From positions 439 to 64,438 of IMG/VR virus record IMGVR_UViG_3300043443_000284: DNA of 64,000 nucleotides, one strand, 5' to 3'. The notes beneath the pieces were generated by a model, which worked only from the letters and a program-made list of their open reading frames with translations, had not been told where the DNA came from and did not search any database. A program made the translations under genes and the position numbers. This document shows positions 1-9,828 of the stretch, piece by piece. Each line of letters begins with the position of its first letter. Position 1 is the first letter of the stretch. The DNA comes from a virus. Taxonomy: Duplodnaviria > Caudoviricetes.

Positions 1-247
1 CTTGCTGCCTTGTAAGCGCATCTAAAGGTGCATTTAAATCTTCTTTCTTACGTGCGCGTTCAGCTTCCTGTTGTGATAGTTTGAATTGGCCTTCTTGTAA
101 ACCAAATGATCTATCAGCGTCTGCCTGTTGCATCTTTTGCTGTAAGAATTGTTCTCGCTGTTGGTTTTGCTGAGCGGATCCTTGCTGCAATGAACTAAGA
201 AAACCTAGTAATGCAGATGCGCCTTGTTGATTTGTTTTTAAAGCCAT
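1..247 (-). CDS. Gln-rich virion/ejection-type protein, N-terminal part (runs off window edge)
   Basis: Manual translation from ATG at 247: MALKTNQQGASALLGFLSSLQQGSAQQNQQREQFLQQ..., open to position 1; lies directly after the pilot-like gene; not in ORF track. Confidence 0.6.
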   Translation of the reverse strand, partial: MALKTNQQGASALLGFLSSLQQGSAQQNQQREQFLQQKMQQADADRSFGLQEGQFKLSQQEAERARKKEDLNAPLDALTRQQ

Positions 248-256
248 TGTTACACC

Positions 257-1030
257 TTAACCGTAATAACCACTAGGGAATAAATTGCCTTGGGATCTAT
301 TAGCTCGTTGATTAAACTCAGCTTGCCGTAATCCAAAATCGCGATCAGCGTTACGCTGGTTAATGTATTGACCGCCGAGAGCGCCAAACTGGCTAGCCAT
401 CTGGTTGCGCTGGTTCTGTGTGGCAGCATCCATTTCCATCTGCTGTTGAGCCTCACCCATGTACTGGTTGTACATATTGTTAGACATATTGGAAGCAGTA
501 CCTAATGCCGTGTTTGCTCCACCTTGATATGTATTGAAGCCAGTTCCTGCTAACCCAAGTGCCTGTTGCCGTCGTGAATCTGCACCCATTGCATAATTAA
601 CTGCACCTTGAGACATAGCTTGTGCAATAGGATTGTTGTAGAAATTATCTTGCATCATGTTGCCGGTCATGCCACCGCCAAGATTTAAAGAATTTCCCAT
701 TGAATTGTATTTAGCTTGCGACTGTGCTGCTTGTCCGGTTATCGATCCCATTTGCGCACCAGCTTGCTGCAGCATTGCGTTGGTTGCATTTGGGTTATTC
801 AAACGTTCCATCTCATTCTCTAATCCGCGACTATACATATTAGAGAACTTATTTGCCTTAGCTTGTTGCTGTTGACCTAATGCATACTGTTGATTTTGAA
901 TGTTTTGGTTAAACATCCTCTGTTGAGATAACTGGTCTTGATACGGATTCCTCTGCTTCCCAAACAGTGAGCCAGCACCTTGACCTAATAACGTACTTCC
1001 TAACCCTATTGCATATGCTGGTATCGGCAT
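257..1030 (-). CDS. Putative DNA pilot/ejection protein (internal virion protein)
   Basis: N-terminal Gly-rich hydrophobic helix (AIGLGSTLLGQGAGSLFG), Q/N/G/A-rich body, position downstream of nozzle as in podoviruses. Confidence 0.6.
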   Translation of the reverse strand: MPIPAYAIGLGSTLLGQGAGSLFGKQRNPYQDQLSQQRMFNQNIQNQQYALGQQQQAKANKFSNMYSRGLENEMERLNNPNATNAMLQQAGAQMGSITGQAAQSQAKYNSMGNSLNLGGGMTGNMMQDNFYNNPIAQAMSQGAVNYAMGADSRRQQALGLAGTGFNTYQGGANTALGTASNMSNNMYNQYMGEAQQQMEMDAATQNQRNQMASQFGALGGQYINQRNADRDFGLRQAEFNQRANRSQGNLFPSGYYG

Positions 1031-1040
1031 TGTATTTCTC

Positions 1041-1484
1041 CTATTGTAAAACGTACCAGATTCCTGATCCCGTAGAATCTATCTGTGAAACCAGAGTTAC
1101 AGTTTCATATTGAGCAATAGGCCACGCTTTTGCTGCTGCCTTGCCCAACGTATCACCACTTTGTGCTATAGCACTAACCTGATTCGCAGTCGCATCTGTC
1201 TTGATTATATGTATAAATTGCCCGTTAGCATAATAAGCTCGTGGCAATGTGATAACTATTGCTGCTGTAGATGCATTAGCACTAACAATTAACTGTCCTG
1301 TATCTATTGTAGCAGTACTAGTTATTGTTATTGGAGTGAAGTTTGCAGGAGGATATGGCGGAGCTAATGCACCACGAGCCTGTACGTTTTGTGTTTGTAT
1401 TGTACGACTCTTACCGGGACCAATAACAGCCCCTGCAACTGGTGAAGGCGAATCAGGGCTAGTTAAGCCACCTATTATTGGCAT
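1041..1484 (-). CDS. Small tail/virion beta-sandwich protein
   Basis: ITLPxA...G..IHIIKTD..AN.V...QYETVTLVS...W pattern resembles small domains common in phage tail proteins. Confidence 0.5.
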   Translation of the reverse strand: MPIIGGLTSPDSPSPVAGAVIGPGKSRTIQTQNVQARGALAPPYPPANFTPITITSTATIDTGQLIVSANASTAAIVITLPRAYYANGQFIHIIKTDATANQVSAIAQSGDTLGKAAAKAWPIAQYETVTLVSQIDSTGSGIWYVLQ

Positions 1485-4400
1485 TATCCTCTCCTCACAG
1501 AACTTTCAGTAGAGTTTACAGAGAGTGCATGAATCTCAATGCGCGATGTAGCCCCAGTTCCATACACTTCCATTTCTAGCCAAGTGCCTCTTATTTCATT
1601 TGGGATTTGTCTAAAGCCAATAGCCTTATCTTGGTTAGCTTGCGTAGTATACGTGCCAGTTTGTGAAACAAGTTTATTGTTAGTTAACTTCCACGTAAAT
1701 TGAATAGCAGACGGAGTGTAGTAATGCACGTTAAGTTGGTGTGGTCTATTCGTACCATAGTAAGCAACTCCCTCTGCATACGTCTGACCGTATCTACGTG
1801 TAGTAATTTTCCAATCAATACCTTGAGTTGCACCAGCAAATGTTGGTCTATCGCTAAACCCTTCAAGCCTATAGATCTGGCCATTTGATGCACCTACATA
1901 CATATCGGATACATCATTGATTGACGTGCAAGATACAGCACTACTAACGTTAACTTGCACTGACGAGAACACAGGCAGTTTCCACTTAACCCATCCAGTA
2001 GTTCGCGTGTCGTATATATAGATCACACTATTTGAATTTGCAGTAGACGCACCCGCTATAGGAGCAAATGCATATAGTCGTCGTTCATGCGGTAATAGAA
2101 CAATATCTGCATAGGCCGCTGCACCAATGTAGTTAACAGATCCTGTTGGCCCAAAATCCATAGAACGAGGATTTAACACACCTTCTAGTGGAAGACTCAT
2201 CGGTTCAATTTTTGTACCGTTCATCATGCTGATGCCAGAGCTAGATACATGTAATGCTTGCCCAACTAAACTAGCAATGCCTTTACTGGCCAGTAAACCA
2301 GCCCCCGGCTCACGTACAAACTGTTGAGCTACAAACGATGTTGGGTCAAAGCCCATGATTGGAACAATACTGTTTTCTCGATAAGCAATTAAAACAGCAG
2401 AGGTGTCACCACCAGCTGCGACAACATTATCTGGTGAGTAAGACAGCAAGTTGACAATTTTCTCATTGTCATCCTGTGACCCAATAGTCATAAACGCGCC
2501 CTTGATTGCCATAAATGGATCTTGGACATTAGGAATATTAGTTGTATATACGCCGTATTCGTTATCTTTATTTAAAGGCCATGTTGCATAGAGGCCATTG
2601 TCTTTAGATGTGAATAGACGTTGCTTGTGATTTGCTATTGTTGACAAGCCAACTGGCAGCTGATCTCTACCAGAATGATAAAACATACCCGGCCTACCTG
2701 TGTTTGTAGGAAACAATATGTCTGTGTCACGCACGTCGTCATAGATTGTGTATGAGCCAGTATTTGTAGACCATGACACATCAAACGTTACGCCATCGCT
2801 GTTCACAAGTGTGTTTGTAGTGTAATCAAACACCTTGGCGTTTTGACCAGTGTATGAAGAACCAGTACCTAAGTTAGTTGGAATCATTGCTATAAGGCGT
2901 GGCATTCCATCCGTAAACAATGTGTCGCAACGTCTATAGATTAATATGTAGTCATAGGTGTAATCAGTAGTTGATGTACGTAATCCAGTATCAGTAAATG
3001 TAATTCGACCTCGACTATACGCTACTGACGATTCAATCTCTGGGCTAAATTCAGAAGGAAGTGTCTCAATGCCTTCACCGGGCGGTGCAACAATGTTATA
3101 AGCAGATGTCGCACGCCATGCTGCTGGTGCTGACTTCCACCGAGTGTAAAGGTACTTATATCTATTGTCTGGTGTAAGCCCACCTTGTCTTACGACATCA
3201 CCAAGCCCAATAAGAACGGCATCAACAGGAACGTCTGGAATATCCTCGTCAAAGCGTAAGTATATTGCCGTAACAGCATCTCTATTAGCACCCGGGATTG
3301 GGAATAACTGAAATTCCAAGAACCTAGTCTGAGTATTGTATGCAGCCTGACCAGTCCACACGATAGATCCAGCTTCTTGTATACCAAGACTAATAGGTAT
3401 CTCACTTATCCGTATATTTGGATGTAACTCTGCGCGTATTCCGATACCCCTGTCGTTTGACATGTCGGGAGTACCAGTGACAGCCAGCTTTATCAATCTG
3501 TTCTGTACGAATCCACCATATAATCCACGTACATTAGTATTTACCTGCGCAGCCTTAAAGCCAGCAAGTCCTAAATCGGTAGTTGTTGAGTTGTCATTTG
3601 CACTAGAAAGAACACTATATAAGTAAACACCATCAATAAGCACACCGGGATCGTCATCTCGTGACCAACCACTATTACTAATCTGTAAACGTAATGCTTG
3701 AAGGTTTCCTTCAAACTCACGGAAATCAATTAGGTATTCAAACTGCACCCAGTCAGCGGTAGTTTGCTTAGGAGCTGGATCTGCTACAGCAGAGAAGTAA
3801 GCGCCATTAATAATGTTCCCTGCAGAAACAGACGTACTACTATGTCCATACACAGAAACGTTTAAGTACTGACCATTGAACGGTTTTGCATCATCGTAGT
3901 TCATTAAGTAAAACGACAACTTAAACAATCCATTAACCTTTGCTGTGCCACCATTCTGTGCATAGGTGGGCAGGCTAATAACATCCTGAATAATATAATC
4001 ACTAGGTTTATCTATGTGTGCGATATTTCCAGTTGTTCTTCCATCTGCACCTTGTGAAACAGTGCCTTTTTTACCAGCCCATGGAAGTGTTTTAATATTG
4101 ACGACTTGACCAGAGTTAGTACCGATAGATGGAGAGCCAGCAATGGTATTCCAGTTCGCACACGTAGTTCCAGTTGCTGTTGCAAAGATTGGGTTTAATA
4201 TTCGGTTATCGGATGGACTTGCGCTACTGAATGTAGCCTGTGCTGCAGCATCACCATATGTCCCAGACGTGTACGACTTAACAGCTTTTACAATACCAAC
4301 GGCATTTGGCTTAGTAGATGTTGGGCCAGATACACTTGGCAAAGATGCAGCAATAGTTCCATTAGTACGAAATAAAGAAAACGTAGATCCACTACCACCA

Positions 4401-4804
4401 ACACCATATATGTATCTCCCGTACTGTGTCATGCGCACAAGTTTCCCCGCAGAGGGGAAACTAAATGATGCACCTGTAGTTTGGTCTGTTAGTTCCGTCT
4501 CTACTGCTGGGGCACCAGATGGATCAGTTGCATATAACTTTCCATTCTTAGCGTAAACCAACTTACTGACAACCGCAGAACTCTTAAGTGCTGTAAGTTC
4601 ATAAACAGGATTTGCATTAAACGTGTTCATGATTCCACGGAAACCATTGCGCAATACTGGCGAGTTTCCATCAATCATCATGTTCTCAATGTTTTGTGCA
4701 TACCCATCCTTTAGTTTATTTGGCTGAATACGTGTATCCATACCAATCCACGTAACGTCACCAAGTACGTAAGATTGCTGGTTATTCATTGCTCGTATAG
4801 CCAT
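1484..4804 (-). CDS. Tail nozzle / packaged-DNA stabilization protein (tubular protein B / P22 gp10-like) with large insertion
   Basis: GMDTRIQPNKL...AQNIENM..DG..LRNG N-terminus, beta-propeller-like body, C-terminal RGTWLEMEV; start set at TAATG overlap 4804 (track start 4813). Confidence 0.75.
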   Translation of the reverse strand: MAIRAMNNQQSYVLGDVTWIGMDTRIQPNKLKDGYAQNIENMMIDGNSPVLRNGFRGIMNTFNANPVYELTALKSSAVVSKLVYAKNGKLYATDPSGAPAVETELTDQTTGASFSFPSAGKLVRMTQYGRYIYGVGGSGSTFSLFRTNGTIAASLPSVSGPTSTKPNAVGIVKAVKSYTSGTYGDAAAQATFSSASPSDNRILNPIFATATGTTCANWNTIAGSPSIGTNSGQVVNIKTLPWAGKKGTVSQGADGRTTGNIAHIDKPSDYIIQDVISLPTYAQNGGTAKVNGLFKLSFYLMNYDDAKPFNGQYLNVSVYGHSSTSVSAGNIINGAYFSAVADPAPKQTTADWVQFEYLIDFREFEGNLQALRLQISNSGWSRDDDPGVLIDGVYLYSVLSSANDNSTTTDLGLAGFKAAQVNTNVRGLYGGFVQNRLIKLAVTGTPDMSNDRGIGIRAELHPNIRISEIPISLGIQEAGSIVWTGQAAYNTQTRFLEFQLFPIPGANRDAVTAIYLRFDEDIPDVPVDAVLIGLGDVVRQGGLTPDNRYKYLYTRWKSAPAAWRATSAYNIVAPPGEGIETLPSEFSPEIESSVAYSRGRITFTDTGLRTSTTDYTYDYILIYRRCDTLFTDGMPRLIAMIPTNLGTGSSYTGQNAKVFDYTTNTLVNSDGVTFDVSWSTNTGSYTIYDDVRDTDILFPTNTGRPGMFYHSGRDQLPVGLSTIANHKQRLFTSKDNGLYATWPLNKDNEYGVYTTNIPNVQDPFMAIKGAFMTIGSQDDNEKIVNLLSYSPDNVVAAGGDTSAVLIAYRENSIVPIMGFDPTSFVAQQFVREPGAGLLASKGIASLVGQALHVSSSGISMMNGTKIEPMSLPLEGVLNPRSMDFGPTGSVNYIGAAAYADIVLLPHERRLYAFAPIAGASTANSNSVIYIYDTRTTGWVKWKLPVFSSVQVNVSSAVSCTSINDVSDMYVGASNGQIYRLEGFSDRPTFAGATQGIDWKITTRRYGQTYAEGVAYYGTNRPHQLNVHYYTPSAIQFTWKLTNNKLVSQTGTYTTQANQDKAIGFRQIPNEIRGTWLEMEVYGTGATSRIEIHALSVNSTESSVRRG

Positions 4805-6186
4805 TACATACACCCCATTCGCTTGTAAGTTTTTACAAGGCTACCTTCTCTAGAACTTGTATTTACAAGTGTTTCTGTCTTGTCAAATTGACCATTAGTT
4901 ATATCTGCTACATCATACTCTGTTGTGCCACTACCAATAGATATTGTGGTTGCTAGTATATGTATCCTAAATACTGGCAGAGTGAATGGTAAGTCATATT
5001 CTGTTACACCTGACGTATTTTCATTACATAAATCATCTACTACATATCCACAAACTAATGGAAATAGATTTAAATAATCGGTACATTCACATGCGTTTGG
5101 TTGTTCTCCAACAGCTAGTAAAGTAGCCTTACCAATTATGCTGGATGTTCTAGTTACACCCGGAGTTTGCGGAGATACTGAATAAGATTGAAGTGTAGCT
5201 TTACCAGTAATACTAACAGTTCTGCCAACTCCATATATAGCCTGTAGTGTTGCAGACCCGCTAATGCTTGATGTTTTCTGCGATGACGTAATTGCAGTAA
5301 GCGTCCCAGATCCACTGAGTGAAGCAGGCGGAAACATTGCAAATGCCATCTGGGCATTAAGTGTTCCTGATCCACTAATAGAAGATGCATACGCATAACT
5401 ATACGCAGCCGACAATGTGCCAGAACCAGATATTGATGCGGATCTATTAAGTATTATAGAAGATGTTAAAGTTGAACTAGATGTAAGGTTTGATGCCTTA
5501 TCAAATGCAATATTAGATGTTAATGTACTAGATCCACTTATTGCAGATGCAACATTAATTGCTGAAGCAGTTGTCCCTGTAGCCGATAGAGTACTTGATG
5601 CTGAAGATGCACTAGAACCATTAAATGTAAACGATGAAGATAATGTCGATTTTGCAGAAATAGCTGACGCAGACGAACCTGTCGGGCTGGCTATTAATGT
5701 TGATGACGCACTAATTCCTGATGTCAACCCAATAGCAATAGATGAACTTAATGTACTAGACGCACTTAATGCACTGGATCTAGGAAATGTTGGGCCAGCA
5801 GCTACACTACTAGACGCAGATACTGCTGCTGTACGTGGAAACGTTGGTCCAGCAAATACTGTTGACGATGATGAAATTGCCGATGAGTATGAAAAAGAAT
5901 AAGTAGCCGATACTGTACTACTACAGCTTAATTGCGCTATTCCTACAAATACTGGAGACGCATTTAACGTACTGCTTGAAGATATTGATGATGAACGTAC
6001 AAATGACGCCGATGAAGTTAATGTGCTACTTGACGATATCGACGCTGATCGCTGGATTGACGGAGTTGCAGTAAGCGTAGCAGAGCCACTAAGGCTTGCT
6101 GCACCACTAGTTGTTAAAGAAGGTGCAGCAAGCCTTGCAGCAATAAACGCTACTGTTATGTAGCCAGCGCCAAGTGCTCCAGCCAT
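4804..6186 (-). CDS. Ser/Ala/Thr-rich repeat fibre-like structural protein
   Basis: About 18 copies of an ~18-aa repeat with core [IL]S[SGA]S[SG]TL, plus a Cys-containing C-terminal domain. Confidence 0.65.
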   Translation of the reverse strand: MAGALGAGYITVAFIAARLAAPSLTTSGAASLSGSATLTATPSIQRSASISSSSTLTSSASFVRSSSISSSSTLNASPVFVGIAQLSCSSTVSATYSFSYSSAISSSSTVFAGPTFPRTAAVSASSSVAAGPTFPRSSALSASSTLSSSIAIGLTSGISASSTLIASPTGSSASAISAKSTLSSSFTFNGSSASSASSTLSATGTTASAINVASAISGSSTLTSNIAFDKASNLTSSSTLTSSIILNRSASISGSGTLSAAYSYAYASSISGSGTLNAQMAFAMFPPASLSGSGTLTAITSSQKTSSISGSATLQAIYGVGRTVSITGKATLQSYSVSPQTPGVTRTSSIIGKATLLAVGEQPNACECTDYLNLFPLVCGYVVDDLCNENTSGVTEYDLPFTLPVFRIHILATTISIGSGTTEYDVADITNGQFDKTETLVNTSSREGSLVKTYKRMGCM

Positions 6187-6190
6187 TAGA

Positions 6191-6670
6191 TTAGTCTAAC
6201 GAAACTGTAATTGCTCCAGCAGCAAATGTAATAGACTGGCCAACTGCAAGTGAAACAGTACCACCAGTTAAATCACCGTAATAAAGAACTGATGCATCAG
6301 TTGCCATATTTGCAGGTGTTGCGTTAACTGTGTTTGTTGTGCAAATAGCAATTCCTGTAATAGAGTTATTAGCTGCACCACTAGCCGTAAACGTTAATGC
6401 GTTACGATTAAGCAATTGTGTTCCACTAGAAGATGCTGTATCTGCACCCGTGGCTGTTGAAAAACATTGTGACGCAGTGGCTGTGAATGCTGGGCGTGTC
6501 GTATATGCACCGCCAGACGCTAACTCGGTAAGAGCTGTATCACTAGTCGCGTTGGTAAGGAAAGCTAGATACATCGTAGCTCCACCTTTTGCAGTAAACG
6601 CTGCACCACGTAATGTCGAATTTAAAACCTCAGATTCGAGGGTATTTGAAAACGCTGTTCCTGCTGGCAT
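6191..6670 (-). CDS. Tail-associated structural protein (phage tail-fibre-annotated family)
   Basis: FSNTLESEVLN...YLAFLT...GGAY.R...F...LYYGDL...GQSITFAAGAITVSLD pattern of a widespread phage family. Confidence 0.65.
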   Translation of the reverse strand: MPAGTAFSNTLESEVLNSTLRGAAFTAKGGATMYLAFLTNATSDTALTELASGGAYTTRPAFTATASQCFSTATGADTASSSGTQLLNRNALTFTASGAANNSITGIAICTTNTVNATPANMATDASVLYYGDLTGGTVSLAVGQSITFAAGAITVSLD

Positions 6671-6671
6671 T

Positions 6672-7607
6672 TTATGTACCTACCTTTACAATTGGATCTG
6701 CACTGACACTAGTTGTGATTGGTTGAGACCATATCACTGTTGTATCTGCTTCATTGTACACATCAACTTGTGTACCAGTTGACGCATCTACTTTATTGCG
6801 TAGAATACGTAACGCATTGCGGACTGTGCGTCCACTTGACGTAGTCGATGCCTCATTGCCAGAACTATCAAGATTACGTGCAAGTATTGCGTCTGCAATT
6901 TCAGCAGTAGCTGTTGCTGCTAACTCGTCACTGCCAATAGCGTCTGTGGCAATTGCAGCAGCATTGATTGCGCCAGCTGCAAACGATGTGCTTGCAATAC
7001 CACCACTTGCAATGGAAGCAACTGATCCGCCCACATTGCCAGATACAGATCCGACAGATCCGGCAACGTTACCAGTAACTGACCCTACAGAACCAGTAAC
7101 ATTTCCAGACACAGATCCTACACTTCCAGATACAGATGTTATAGTCTGACTCGTAGATATAGTGGTAGCCGAAAGACCTACAGTTGTAGTTGGTGAACCC
7201 ACGTTAGCCCAGTCTAAACCAGCCTCTCCACCAGTGCTAACATCGAGCGTACGACCAGCGGTAGTTGGATACAAACACGCTTGATCACGCATTGTAAAAC
7301 GACCAACGCATGATCCAACTACACTTACAGAGTCAACCGTTCCAGTAGTTATGACACACTCGTATGACGAACCATCAACATAAAATGCTGTACTTGTACT
7401 AATAGATACAAAATTTAGTCCGGTAACACCGTCATAGTTTGTTGTTAGCGTAACGCCAGCAGTATCTTGAGTTAAGTTGTTGTCCTTATATACAGATACA
7501 ACAGGTGTTCCGGCTAACAGAAAAGGAGCACCAGTTGATGGCCTAAATGTAGTAAACATAAAAGTGATTGTGTCACCTTTACTGAAGTCTCCAACATATT
7601 TACTCAT
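6672..7607 (-). CDS. Tail fibre-like protein A2 (paralog of 8707-9828)
   Basis: Shares Y[VI]GDF N-terminus, D[GS]VTGLN motif and C-terminal IADA[IL]L.R.LDSSG...RTVR.ALR..RN motif with 8707-9828. Confidence 0.65.
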   Translation of the reverse strand: MSKYVGDFSKGDTITFMFTTFRPSTGAPFLLAGTPVVSVYKDNNLTQDTAGVTLTTNYDGVTGLNFVSISTSTAFYVDGSSYECVITTGTVDSVSVVGSCVGRFTMRDQACLYPTTAGRTLDVSTGGEAGLDWANVGSPTTTVGLSATTISTSQTITSVSGSVGSVSGNVTGSVGSVTGNVAGSVGSVSGNVGGSVASIASGGIASTSFAAGAINAAAIATDAIGSDELAATATAEIADAILARNLDSSGNEASTTSSGRTVRNALRILRNKVDASTGTQVDVYNEADTTVIWSQPITTSVSADPIVKVGT

Positions 7608-8707
7608 CGCACGTACCCCGCTAACGGATTAGCTGCCAGACCAGAACTTGCACTAGCTACAGGAGTTGCATCAATTTGTGCAAACGGCAATGCCTGATAA
7701 CTTAAGTTAGAGGCAGATAACATTGCTCCCGACGTACCGCTTCTAAATACAACATCTAAATTTGTAACTTCACCATTAAATGTAAGAGAACTGTCGGTTG
7801 TTTTATCTATATGAAAATATTGAAGCGTTTTTTCAAATGAGTTTTCAACTACAAAGAAGTACGCAGTCCCACCAGTTAATGTTGGATTAGTTGTAAAGTT
7901 AAAAGAATAACTGCCGACAGTTTGAGTGCCAACTCGCAGAAGTCCATGCGTGTATGACGGAGTAGATGCTACAGTTGTCGTAGCAGCTGCATCTAGAATG
8001 CGCCCAATATATGTACCAGTAGTTTGCGCTGCAGCACTTAAACGTAGACCTTTAATAACCACCTCATTTAAAGTGTAATTAAAACCCGTTGGTAAAGTAA
8101 ATCTAAATCCAACTTGCGACGCAACAGCCGAAGTTGCAGCAGTTGTCTGCGGTAAAGCGCGAGTACATTTATTTGAATACCAGACAGTAGAAGAACCAAT
8201 TGATAGATTTGGATAACCAGCTGCTGGAGTTACTCCGTTGACACCATATTCATCATTATTTAGTGAATACGCCGTAGCGCTGGAATACACCTGATTGAAA
8301 CTGCAACCTGCTCCAAAAGTTGTGGCTGGAAATATACGTATCGCATATCGCTCACCTTTTGTTAGAGCAGATGTCAGTGTCATTGTAAACTGGACAATTT
8401 CACCGGGTGGCATAGTTCCAATATCGTTGTCAATATTAGCTGTAGACGATAATGGCGCAGCACTATTCCATACGCCTACACCTGCCTGACTCGATATTGC
8501 ATATATTCTAGCAGAGACATTTTCACCGCCGTTATTAGTATTGGCAGAGCATTGAATAGCAATCCTAAAAGTTGCCGCACTAGCAAAATCAGCTGGACAA
8601 ATAAATACGTATGTAAATCCAGATGTCGCACTAGCAGTCTGTATAGTTCTCTGACCGTATACATAGTCTGATGGACCAAAAGGGAAGAATGTGTTGAACT
8701 TTGCCAT
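7604..8707 (-). CDS. Tail/receptor-binding beta-rich protein B2 (probable distant paralog of 9825-10898)
   Basis: Two jelly-roll-like halves, LT.G.[RK]YA motif twice, Gly-rich C-terminal tail; same position in repeated module. Confidence 0.55.
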   Translation of the reverse strand: MAKFNTFFPFGPSDYVYGQRTIQTASATSGFTYVFICPADFASAATFRIAIQCSANTNNGGENVSARIYAISSQAGVGVWNSAAPLSSTANIDNDIGTMPPGEIVQFTMTLTSALTKGERYAIRIFPATTFGAGCSFNQVYSSATAYSLNNDEYGVNGVTPAAGYPNLSIGSSTVWYSNKCTRALPQTTAATSAVASQVGFRFTLPTGFNYTLNEVVIKGLRLSAAAQTTGTYIGRILDAAATTTVASTPSYTHGLLRVGTQTVGSYSFNFTTNPTLTGGTAYFFVVENSFEKTLQYFHIDKTTDSSLTFNGEVTNLDVVFRSGTSGAMLSASNLSYQALPFAQIDATPVASASSGLAANPLAGYVR

Positions 8708-9828
8708 TATACAATTCCTCCATCTGGATTTACTGTCACGTCAGCAGTGTTGCTCAATGTGCCTTCCCATGCTGCTGTTTGATCGTCTTCTTTATAAACG
8801 GATATATTACCACTGCCAACAATTACCCTATTGCGCATAGCGCGTAAGGCAGATCGCACAGTGCGTTCATTCATAACATCAAAACTTGACCCAGAACTAT
8901 CTAGCAGCCTATTAAGTAATGCATCCGCAATCTGTGTTCGCTTGTGAATGTGAATAGGGATGATAGAGAACACATCACCCGGCTGAGGCTCAGACGTAAA
9001 TGGATCTTCTGTAGTAATGTATCCATTTAATTGATTGTAATCAGTAACTGGGACTGATTGACCAGCACATGCACCAGTAGTAAAAACAATTGTCTGTTCG
9101 TTATACGTGTCATCTAATGCGTTTAAATTCGTACTAAACGTACTATATGTAGCGATTACAGTACTAGTAACTGCTCCTGTAATACCAGTGTAAACAGATG
9201 CAAGATTGTCAAGTAGCTTGCCAAAACTGTCAGCAATAGTATGACCACTCGCTATTTCATCCCACACAGCATCGGCTACTTCATCAAGAAAACTCACGCT
9301 TGTAGCGGCGGCAGTAATAACGTCAGCTTGAAATTGATGTACGTTAGCTGCTACGTGATTACTTGCATTAATTGCCACCTCGCTAGAAGGAGATGTAGAC
9401 AACGCCCTTACTGTTCTTGCGCCAAAAGTATTTGCTGTAACGTGTGATGAAAGCAGCGCATTCCACACAGCATTTGCAATTGATGGGTATCTATTCTCAA
9501 TACTAAACTGAAATAACGGCACGTTGACTGTTTGAGTATCAATCACTGCACCAACAAGTACTACAACGTAATCGTTTCCTGCTGCATAGAATCCAGCGTC
9601 AGTGTTATTACTGAGATCAATTGATAAGCCATTAAGCCCAGTGACGCTGTCAAACCCACTTGTGTCAGTTATTCCGGCTACGGAAGCTCGTTCGGTGACA
9701 GATGTGTTTTTGTATACGCGAATTGCCCCAGCTGTCGTGCGGTTAACAGATGCTCCAGTAGATGCATTAGTGCCAAAGAAATAACGGACTGTACTGTTGG
9801 CTACAAAGTCACCGATGTATGGAATCAA
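8707..9828 (-). CDS. Tail fibre-like protein A1 (paralog of 6672-7607)
   Basis: See 6672-7607; internal DAVWDE repeats typical of phage fibre proteins. Confidence 0.65.
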   Translation of the reverse strand: MIPYIGDFVANSTVRYFFGTNASTGASVNRTTAGAIRVYKNTSVTERASVAGITDTSGFDSVTGLNGLSIDLSNNTDAGFYAAGNDYVVVLVGAVIDTQTVNVPLFQFSIENRYPSIANAVWNALLSSHVTANTFGARTVRALSTSPSSEVAINASNHVAANVHQFQADVITAAATSVSFLDEVADAVWDEIASGHTIADSFGKLLDNLASVYTGITGAVTSTVIATYSTFSTNLNALDDTYNEQTIVFTTGACAGQSVPVTDYNQLNGYITTEDPFTSEPQPGDVFSIIPIHIHKRTQIADALLNRLLDSSGSSFDVMNERTVRSALRAMRNRVIVGSGNISVYKEDDQTAAWEGTLSNTADVTVNPDGGIV

